DNA from: Camelus dromedarius
Taxonomy: Eukaryota
Length of the DNA stretch: 60,000 nt
Direction: 5' to 3'
NCBI RefSeq assembly: GCF_036321535.1
Contig: NC_087447.1
Location: 45,076,001 to 45,136,000 of the forward strand
In this document: piece after piece, positions 24,452 to 34,555 of the stretch
Layout: every line of letters begins with the position of its first letter
Numbering within the stretch: the first letter of the stretch is position 1
Notes under the pieces: generated by a model
What the model saw: only the letters and a program-made list of their open reading frames with translations
The model's database searches: none
What the model was told of the DNA's origin: nothing
Made by a program: the position numbers and the translations under genes

Positions 24452-25325
24452 CTGTCTACTTATCACTTTTCTCTAAGTTTTGTGTATTTTTGCCATTTTG
24501 TTTCTGGTAGGAATATTCTCTCAAATCTCTTGTAAGAGGGGGTCTAGGGTTCATCCACTCCCTCGGCTTTTGATTGGGAAAGTCTTTATTTTTCCTTCCT
24601 ATCTGAATGATACCTTTGCTGGATAGCGTATTCTTGGGTGACAGTTTTTGCCTTTCACTATTTTGAGAATGTCATTCCACTCCCTCCTGGCCTGTTGGGC
24701 TTCTGCTGAAAAATCTGCTGATGGTCTTACCGAGGTTTGTTTGTACATGACCATCCTGTTTACACCCTCTGCCATTAAAATTCACTTTTTGACATCGACT
24801 TTTGACAAATTTAGTATCTTGTGTCCTGGAAAAGGCCTTTTTGCAATGCAGTCATTAAGTGTTCTCTCAGGTGCATGGGCGTGTATATCCAGTTCCTTCC
24901 CCAGGTTTGGGGAGTTCACAGCTATTATTTCTTTAAAATCTCTCTGCTCCCTTTTGTCCCTTTGCTCCTTCTGGGATACCCGTTACCCTAATGGTGCCCT
25001 TCCTAAAAGAGTCCGATAGTCCTGGGAAATTAACTCATTTTTATGTCTTATTTCTCTCTCCTCTTCTACTCATATCATTTCTAGATTTCAACGTGCGAGC
25101 TCATGAATTCCCTCTCCATCTGGTCTGCTCTACTTTCAATGCTTTCTAACGTGTTCTTCTTCCCACTTTCGGTGTTCTTCAGCTCCAGAATTTGTTCGAT
25201 TCTGTTTTAGAGTTTCATCCTTGTTGGGAAGGTTTTCCTTCAGAACTTGAATTTTATTCCTGAGCTCTGTAGACTGCGCGAGCGAGTTTTGCTGTATCTC
25301 TTTGAGTCCTCTCTCGGTTAGATCA
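24452..25325 (-). mobile_element. LINE-1 ORF1 remnant (duplicate of ~5905-6777), cut at the TRIM5 junction
   Basis: Near-identical to 5905-6777. Confidence 0.85.
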
Positions 25326-25702
25326 TGGCGCTGTTGAGACTCTTCGCAAAGCCAGCAAATGGCCTTCCCATCCTCCTTGCAGGAGAGCAGGAGTTTCTCT
25401 TTGTGGTGTGTACAGAGATTTTCCTTCTGCTCCACCTCCAGGCTCAGCCTGACCTCCCTGAGCCTCTCCACTATGTTGGCCACGTGCCGATTAGGCCGTA
25501 GGTTCTTAGGCTCATAACTGACTCGGCACAGAGGGCAGCTGCTCTCTCCTTCTTGGCCAGTCTTGGACTCCTTATTGTTCGCAGTGATGCAGGCTTGGGA
25601 GAACGTGTGGCCACAGTCAAGGCTCCTGGGTTCTGTCAGAAGCTCTAGGCAAATGGGGCAGATTACCTTCTCCTGTATGTTCACCAGGATTCCTGATGCC
25701 AT
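25136..25702 (-). pseudogene. TRIM5: Truncated TRIM5 paralog: RING-B-box exon fused in frame to L1 ORF1 coiled-coil sequence (188-aa ORF)
   Basis: [22 protein letters not shown]...[43 protein letters not shown]...; TRIM homology stops at ~25325 and continues into the L1 sequence also seen at 6777 and below. RING ligand C->S (GHTFSQAC); last two B-box His lost; no exons 3-8 before the next unit. Exon acceptor (25762) is intact. Confidence 0.85.
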
Positions 25703-26109
25703 GCCAGCCACTCCCCTGTTTCACACATCCTGATTTCTAAGGGTTCTTGTACTCACAGATCCCTGCGTGATTTGGGAATATTAAAAGGGGACAGAGTGAG
25801 AAAGGTGGCAATAAACTGATACCAGCTGTGTAGAAATCAAGGGTGGGGCAAGCCCAAATTATTGAAGGACGTAAAAGAAAACATGAAGAAAAAAGGGAAG
25901 AAGCTTGCTGATGTGTTAAAAAGGACATTTCATGATACTTTTAAAACTTTGCTCTTGGTTCATGGTTTATATCACATGGCAAATTCCATCCACCCTTATC
26001 TGTGCAATTATTCTTAATATTTATATTTGCTAAACAAAGAATGACCTGATTCATTTTTTACCAAGATCCATGTGTGACTCAGCTTCTATCCTGCTTTTGT
26101 TTCCTGTGC

Positions 26110-26125
26110 AAAAAAAAAAAAGAAA

Positions 26126-26184
<59 letters not shown>
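26110..26184. repeat. Poly-A/(GAAA)n microsatellite
   Basis: Directly visible. Confidence 0.95.
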
Positions 26185-26186
<2 letters not shown>

Positions 26187-28109
26187 CATCAATATATAAG
26201 GCTGAAACCACTTATGTGTTTGGGCTTTCAAACCTACTCTTCTCTCAGCAGGAATGATGCCCCACAGATCAGTGTGATGCTTTCTTACACTTCAGTAAAC
26301 TCTCTCATTACTTGTTCTTTTATCCCAAAGACCTGCTCTGATGACTAATTTACACGGTGACCATTGCCAACATTTGCTGTACATTTAGAATGATTTTCCT
26401 TATTATCATGACATAATATATGAAAATGTGTTTGCATTTACGGTAAAAGCAAACCTTTAATCAAATGTGTAAATAGAGACAGTGACTTACAAAAATCAAG
26501 TAACTTCACTACACAGAATGGGAATGAATTAAATATATTTGAGGTCTTTCTTCAGAGGCCTTTCTCCTACCCCACTGAGTCAATGAAAAGCAAACAGAGG
26601 TGACTTCATTTACCCAATTAACACCCAGATCAATGGGATGTGTGGAGATGAAGAGATCCAGACTAGGTGGGAGGTTCTGGGAAGTCTTGAATGTGTGAAA
26701 GGTGATTTCACCTTAGCCTGGAAATATGTCAGACATTAATAGGAGACTAAAGATGTTTGTGCATGAGCATGATGGGGAGGAAGATGGTATAAGTATGCTC
26801 ATAGGGTCACATGAGTCAGACACCTAAAAACATAGAAACACACATGAAATGAATGTCAGTCATGAGGGAAAAAGAGCTCAAAATATCAGGCAAGATCATT
26901 CAGTTAGTTATCCTTGACAATGACTTATCTATCAACTGGACTAATATTCATAATCAGAAAAGTGACTCTAAACAGATGTTTTAAGCCACTATGGACTTGA
27001 TATTTACCTGAAAAGTAATAGTAAATAAAAAATCACCCGTATATATACAAAAGAGCAGATGTGACAAATACTGCTAGAAATTTGTACATGTTCAGAAATC
27101 AAATAATGGGGGAAAATAAGGGATTGTTCAAGAATTCCAAATTGTAAACACAAAGGTTGAACTGAAGGCTCAAGCAGAGGAAGGAAACATGGCATGAGAG
27201 AGAGGAAAAATGCATTAGGGAGAGGAAATGGGCTGTTCCTGGAGTACAGAGCATCTATTCTGAGGTTGCAAGTGTCCGTGTGGCTGGTGAGCAGAAAAGT
27301 GCTGGCCTTTGGTCTCACAAGAGCTACAGTGACATAAATGTGACACTTCCTAAATTACATAACATTTAGGGACCCATTTCCAAGAGGAAGGACAATGACC
27401 CATGTTTCCCCGTCAGAGAAGAGTGGGGGCACAGCGAGCTGCGCACTGGAGCTGTGAGGTGTCAGATGGACCCAGCGTGGACCTGGGAGGCTCAGGTGGG
27501 ATGCCTGCACAGGGGCTCCGGGGAGAGATGATGAGGGGCCGGGTGCTGAAGACAATGGAGGCAGCAGATGAGAGTGAGCGCAGGAGGAGGGAAATGTGCA
27601 GGATTGGGGATTGGCTTAGATATGTGGGAACAAAGGACTAACATCAGGCCTGGGGTGGCTTACTCTTCTCCTAGTGTGTGTGTGTTTGTGTGTTGTTTTT
27701 TCTGGGAAATCCATTGGGTTACAACATAGTGGAGGTCAGCAACCTTTCAAGATCACATTATTGATAGTAAAACTAGCCTGATACATAAAGTGCATTTGGG
27801 TAGGAAGAATTTATACAGAACTCTAATACCACCTGGTAAACACAGACCTCATTTTTCACAGGGATTGTGACTCTCATGTCCAAATGTGTCTCTTTCAGGT
27901 CCCTGGAAGTTGCTGCTCATGGTCTGTTACAAGGTAATCAATCCTTTGCAGCACTAGGCTTATCTAATCTGTCGTAGTTTCATTTACCCCCATCTGATCT
28001 GGTTCCTTAAAAGGCTGAGATGATGGGGATAATGTACATTCTGTACCATTGTAAGGGCCATCTCTGAGAGCTCACCTGATGCTGCCATGTCTAATACTGT
28101 GTCTTCTGT

Positions 28110-28741
28110 CCCACTTTTGGGCATATATCCAGAGGGAATTTAATTTGAAAAGATACATGCACCCCAATGTTCATAGCAGCATTATTTACAATAGCCAAGA
28201 CATGGAAACAACCTAAAGGTCCATCGACAGATGACTGGATAAAGAAGATGTGGTATATTTATACAATAGAATACTACTCAGCCATAAAAAAGAATAAAAT
28301 ATTGCCATTTGCAGCAATGTGGGTGGACCTGGAGATTGTCATTCTAAGTGAAGTAAGCCAGAAAGAGAAAGAAAAATACCATATGATATCACTTATATGT
28401 GGAATCTTAAAAAAAAGACAAATGAACTTATTTGCAAAACAGAAACAGACACACAGACATAGAAAACAAACTTACGGTTACCAGGGAAGAAAGATGGTGG
28501 GAAGGAATAAACTGGGAGTCCAAGATTTGCAGATACTAACTACTAACTATTATGCGTATAAAATAGATAAACAGCAAGTTTCTACTGTATAGCACAGGGA
28601 ACTATATTCAAAATCTTGTAGTAACCTGTAATGAAAAAGACTATGAAAATGAATATATATATGCATATATGATTGAATTATTATGCTGTACACCAGAAAT
28701 TCACACAACATTGTAATCTCACTATACTTCAATTAAAAAAA
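28110..28741 (+). mobile_element. 5'-truncated, relatively young LINE-1 3' end
   Basis: [43 protein letters not shown] (ORF2 C-terminus), 3'UTR and A tail. Confidence 0.92.
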
Positions 28742-29519
28742 TGTTTAAGTAAGTGGTAATTTTTATTAGAATTTAGATGCTTCCAGATGTCCCTTCTAGA
28801 AATTCTTCCTACGTGCTTCTCTTGCTGCTGACCTCTCCGCTGAGCTGTTTCTGGGTGGCAGATAAGTCTCAGGGAGAAGGATAATCAGGTTAGTGATTTA
28901 AGGAATGGCAGTGGTTCCCTGGGTCTGGAGGAGAGAACACAGAGAGGCTCAGAGCCTGCCAGCTGTGACAGCACCAGGCTCCTGAGCACAGACAGGCCGA
29001 GGTGATGCGGACTGATCTAGAGTCAGGCAGAAACACTGCATTGTCACTCTGATAGAAAGGAAAACACTAGCACTCAAAGACTGCTCTGTTTTTTGTTCCT
29101 GTTGTTGACCAAAGGAACTTTCTAGGTCTGAAAAATCAAGGATTCTGGCTGTCCTTAGCAAGGTGCAATTCAAAATTATAGAAATGGAAGGAGATGTGGG
29201 CAGATTCACCCTGGAGAAATAAACAGTCACTCCAAGAAACAAAGCCTTTCTTTGCTTCTTATCCCCCTTCTAGTAAGACCTCCCCTCTCCTGACTGATCT
29301 TCAGTCAGGACTCTTAGCAGGAAGCCTGCAAGCTAGACCTTTTCCCCCCATTAGAATAGCTTCCTGACAACAAATCAAACTCACCCAGGCAGATTCAGTG
29401 TTTCATCTGAGTCTGCAAACTCTGCTCTCCACAAACCACTCAACTATCTCCATGGACCAATGGAGAAGTTGTGATTCCTTGGAGAAGATTAAAGGCAGAC
29501 CCTGGGCAGATGTGTTCAG

Positions 29520-29610
29520 GATTCACTCACCAAACAAGGGGCCTGAGCGCCACAAAAAGGATTTCCCAGATGAGCTGAGTAAAACTGAAAGTTAAGTCTT
29601 GGGGGTGGAG
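29520..29610 (-). promoter_or_regulatory. Putative promoter/exon 1 of the truncated TRIM5-L1 paralog
   Basis: Donor TTG|GTGAGT at 29531; AAAACTGAAAGT IRF element at 29581-29592. Confidence 0.55.
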
Positions 29611-29926
29611 TACAGGCAGAAAAGGAGGAGAGAAACTATGGACCAACGAGAGGCCTCCACACAGGGCCCCACGAAATGACAAGGCTTTTGTGCCTGAGCC
29701 TGGTGGGCCAGGGACTGCATTTTTATTCCTGTCTCAGCTGTTCTCAGGGCTTTTCAAATGAATCTATCCTTTGAAGAACTTTTGAAGAATAACCTAAGTA
29801 ATGTCATTTCACACAATCCATCTTGCCCAGTTTCCTTACAAAGGAGCTGTCAGGAAGAGAGAGGAAGTTCTCCTTTACCACAATGAAGACACACTGAGGG
29901 CCCACCTGAGGCAGCAATACTGGCAT

Positions 29927-30667
29927 TGAGACAGGAGGGAAGGGGGCAGGGCACAGCCATTCAATGAATGACACAGCCGTTAGCACCAAGATGGCAGAAG
30001 ATTCAACTCCCAGGACACCTTGATCCTCATACACTCATTGTAATACATCAGCATGGGAAATGGCACTCCCACAGGCACCATGACAGTTCCAAGGCCCACT
30101 GTAAGATGCCAAAAAGTGGGTTGTGGCCCAGTTCCTGGGAATCCCAGCCCCTTCCCCAAAGTAGTTGGAATAATCTTCCCACTTGTTAGCATATGAAGGT
30201 GCAGATCCGATAAAAACCAACAACCCCCATACCTCACAGCTGCTCTCACTCTCCTAGACGCCCCCATGCTCTGAGGCTGCCACTCTCCCCTCTCCCCTTC
30301 CCCTCTCCCCTCTGTAGATGGCCAGCATTCTACCTTTGGAATGTGTGTATCCTAAGCTGCTTGGTTACTCTCTCTTGCCTTCTGAGATGGCCCACACTCT
30401 GTCTGTGGAGTGTGTATCTGCTTTAACTTAAGCTAAATACCCTCATGCCTCATGGCCTCTCTGTCCTGAAATAGCCTGCACTCAGTCTATGGAGTGTGCA
30501 TCTCTCTGAGTAAATCTACCTTCACTCTCCTATGGCTCTTCACTCTACTATTCCTCTTGAATTCTTTCTTGCGCAAAGCCGAGGACCCTCACCTGATGGG
30601 GCACTTCCAGGGACTTGCCTGGGACCTAGAACATGGCCATCCTCTTGTGCCCCATTTTCCTGTGTCA
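29927..30667 (+). mobile_element. ERV-type solo LTR upstream of the truncated paralog's promoter
   Basis: TG...CA termini (tgagacaggagggaaggggg ... ttttcctgtgtca), imperfect 4-bp TSD gcat/gaat; absent at the equivalent sites ~3868 and ~22415. Confidence 0.7.
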
Positions 30668-30984
30668 GAATGCTCTCCCCTGTCCTGTGTCCACCAGCTG
30701 AAATAAGTAAATCTGATCAGTCTGTGTCCTGTTAGGTCATGTTACAGGAAATGGCTTTCTAAATCTGAAATTACTCAGCTGACCATATAGAGGGGCTATC
30801 ACAGAGTGCTAGAACACTGATGCTAGCTTTCCAAAGTTGGATTCAGTGTGGCCAAAATGAGACTTGTCCTAAATAGGCTAAAAAGGGTGAGACTTTAGGA
30901 AGTATCATTTGTTGGGCAATGTCATCTAATACTATTTAATATATGATCCCTATGATCATAATAAAAATAAAGCAGGGAAATTAA

Positions 30985-31520
30985 TGTGATGATTAATTTT
31001 ATGTGTCAACTAGACTGGTCATTGGGTTCCCAGATTATACAGTCTTTCTGGGTGTGTCCCTGAGGGTCTTGTTTCCAGATGACATTAGAGTTGAATCTGT
31101 GGACTCAGTAAAGCAGTTTGCTTTCTCCGATGTGGGTGGGCATCACCTAATTTGTTGAGGACCTGAAAAGACCAAAAATGTGGAAGAAGGAAAAATTTGC
31201 TCACGTACGTGCTCGAGCTGGGATACAGGTCTTCTCCTGTCCTTAGACTCGGACTTGCGCCATGGCTACCCTGATTTTCAAGCTTCTAGATTTACACTGA
31301 GTTACTTGGGCCTCCAGCTTACAGAGGGCAGATCTGGAACATCTCAGCTTCTATAATTATGTGAGCCAATTTATCTTGATAAATCTCCTGTATATATACA
31401 TACATATATATGTATGTATGTATGTATGTACATATGTTATGTGTATATATATGCAATATGAGATATATATACATCTCAGATTGGTTCCACTTCTCTGTTT
31501 CTCTGGCGAACACGACTACA
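30985..31520 (+). mobile_element. MLT2-like solo LTR (third paralogous copy)
   Basis: tgtgatgattaattttatgtgtcaactagactgg ... ctgtttctctggcgaacacgactaca, at the equivalent position of the unit. Confidence 0.75.
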
Positions 31521-31842
31521 GAAGTAAAACAGTCCTCCCAGTCTGTGTTAGGTGGCACCGGTGAACCGCGGTAATGATAATGACATGACTAAACCGTGCC
31601 GTTTAAAAAGACGTGTGCCAAACAGCGACTTGCCACAGTAAAGGGTATAAGGAGGATGTTGTAGAGGTGGCAATGCTCAGCATGTCAATCTTAATCCAGT
31701 AAGATCTGTTCAGGAACAGGGGAGTAGGAGAAAAGAAAAAGAAAGAAAAAACGCTTTGACTGGGATTTATCACCCCAGCGAGTCAGTCTCGGTGCATCTG
31801 CGCCTCATACAAAAGTTGTGATTAAAGAGTCACTTTTATTTT

Positions 31843-32047
31843 ATTTTATTTTTTTTTTTTTTTTTAACATTTTTTATTGAGCTGTAGTCATTTTACAATG
31901 TGTCAAATTCCAGTGTAGAGCACAATTTTTCAGTTATACATGAACTTACATATATTCATTGTCACATTTTTTTTCGCTGTGAGCTACCACAAGATCCTGT
32001 ATATACTTCCCTGTGCTACACAGTATAATCCTGTTTATCTATTCTAC
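31843..32047 (-). mobile_element. Short L1 3'-end insertion with target-site duplication
   Basis: Poly-T, L1 3'UTR-like body, TSD gagtcactt(t/c)tatttta at 31827 and 32048. Confidence 0.8.
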
Positions 32048-34555
32048 GAGTCACTTCTATTTTAACTTCCTCTTCTCATGGGTCTCAGGACATCACTATC
32101 ATGCTACTTCTGACAGCATTTCACACGGTTCAAACCAATCAGGCCTCTCATTTTGCTTCATTGAAAGTACAACGATGCCCCTTCTGGAAATTCTTGCTAC
32201 GTGCCCGTCTCGTTCCTGAGCTCTCCACTGAGCTCTGTGTCTGGGAGGCAGGTACGGCCCAGGGAGATGGATGAACAGTTAGTGATTTGAGGGGAACTGC
32301 AGTAGACCCTAGAGTTTAAACTTGGAAATCTTGGAGGACTAGTAAACACAAAAGAAGCTGCAGAGCAGGGCAACTGTCACACTATTAATGTTCCCAAACC
32401 ATAACAAATTAAGTAAATAAAAATAAATAAAAAAGGAGACCCGGATGGGAGAGATTCACCCGGAGAGCCATGCAGAAATACACGATTACAGTGGCAGGTG
32501 TTAAATTATTAACTGTCAAAGAACTCTCTGACTTCCCTATTATCCCCCTCAAAGCATCTCATTTACCCCTGAAAACAGAGACCAGAAATACACTGTTTGG
32601 CCAAGTAGCCCATTTTGTCTTTTTCTCTCATCTCATAAGTAGGTTGGGAAAGAGTGGGAAGGGAAAATGCCAAAAGAGACAGGGAGCCCACCGTGTGCTG
32701 CAAGGACCCTCTCTGTAGCCGCATTTGCCCTGCAGTCTCACTAGACGAGGGGAACAGGTGTGACTTCCTTTCTGAGAATCACTGCAGCCTTTCAGCTCAC
32801 TGGAAAGGGCGGGGCTGACCAGGAACAGGAAACACCGACCTACACCATGGCTGAGGGAGCCCAAGACAGAACTCCTGCCCCTTCCTGTCACGGCAGGTCC
32901 TAGTGTGAACCAGCAGCCCAGCAAATGGGGACGTATCTGGGCAAACTAAGCTTGTCCCCTTTGCTCCCAGCTCTGGCAGTTAAGTACCTCCTGGGTTCTC
33001 CCTCCTACTGCACACCCCAGGGAATCTGGCTTCTACCTTTTCGTGGGGAGTGCGCTGCTGAATGGGCACCTGTGCTGAACAAACACAGTCCCAGTTCTAA
33101 TCTTGCCTCCTACACCGTTAGCTATAAAATGTTAGGTATACCTCACAGGTTTACGCATTCTTTTAATGACCTGATAGGAATTTGTTCTTTATGTGATATT
33201 TTTGAAGATGTACTGGGATAAAGATACTCTATGTATGTACACTTACACATACAATTATATGTGTGCATACATGTGTGTGTGCTTAGGTATGTATATAGCA
33301 TATCCAGGCCACGCACTTTCTTTTTCATTCCACTGGGACATTCCATGATTTGATGTGAACTGTAGAGCAGTCTGCCTTAATTTATACTGTGCACTTCTCT
33401 AACAAAAGTTTGTTGCTTTGCTATCCCAGGTAAGTCTATTCTTCACCCTGAATTTGAAACTGCTTACCAAGAAAAAGAACAGAACAGAAAAGTGCACGGA
33501 ATGGCATATACAGGGGACTCCTCAAGTGTTTTACCACCAGGGAAAGGCCTGAAAACCAAAAGGCTGTCCTTAATAAGAACAGCTATTCCTAAACATGACT
33601 CTCTCTGCTAGACAGACTTTAGAAAGTCGTACTTTTGCACTTTTCTGATCCATTTCCAGTAAAGTGCCTTAAATACAGTCCCATATAGAACAGCCTCTGT
33701 ATGAAAAGTTCTAACAAAACAAAGCTGGGACTGGAGTGGTCTCGACAGCCAAGTCTGGGAACCTGGAAAACGAGGCTCACGTAGGTCAATGACTGTCCCA
33801 CTGACAAGCACAAATCTGTTGCACATGGCACTGACACAGCTTATAATTTTCAGTAAGTGTAAAAGCAAATATTTATTACATTGTGCAAGACACTTAAACA
33901 GTTGCTTTACATAGTGTGACATTTAGTTTTACACATTGCTCTTAAGAGTTAGGCACAGTTTTAAACCCTAAATTATATTTAAGGAAAAAGAAACCCAGAA
34001 TTTATTCATCATTACACACCTTGGAAAAGAAGAGACAAGATTAGAACTCAAACACTATGAACATAAAGTCTTAACTCTGAGTACATTATACTGCTTGTGG
34101 TTTCCTTTCCACGACCCTATGATGAACCTGGTGTATCCTGGGCAGCAAACAGACATTCACTCAAATACTTCTTAGTTGGTGGTGGTGAGTAGGGAGTGAT
34201 TGTAGACTGTCCTGGATGTCACAGACGGTGGCAGACCGGTTTTGCCACATCTCTTTAGGTCAGTGATAAAGGAATATATGGAGAATTCGGAGGGCAAAGA
34301 TGTTATACCAATAATGGTCTGTCTTTGGGAGGAATTAGATGTCTTTCTTTGAGGATATGAAACAGGGTCAGTGGGTAAATAAGCATCTCTTCTAACTCAA
34401 ATCAGATACACTCTACACCCCAAGGATGAGCACAGGTTCTAGAGCACAGAAGGGAGACAGGGAGAGACGGCACGAGCGGTGCAGGTGAGCTCCTCGCAGG
34501 AGACGAACCCCAAGACAAGGGTCGTTGTAAGAAGTGGATGAGGGAAGGAGAAGTT

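Larger units (their letters stand above)
18516..25325. repeat. Segmental duplication copy 2 (5' region of the intact TRIM5)
   Basis: Matches 1-6777; ends at tagatca (25319-25325), where the sequence switches to a TRIM5 exon. Confidence 0.95.
25326..31520. repeat. Older, more diverged third copy of the TRIM5 exon 2/intron 1/promoter/MLT2 unit
   Basis: Colinear homology to ~17409-23226 with lineage-specific L1 (28110) and LTR (29927) insertions. Confidence 0.88.
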
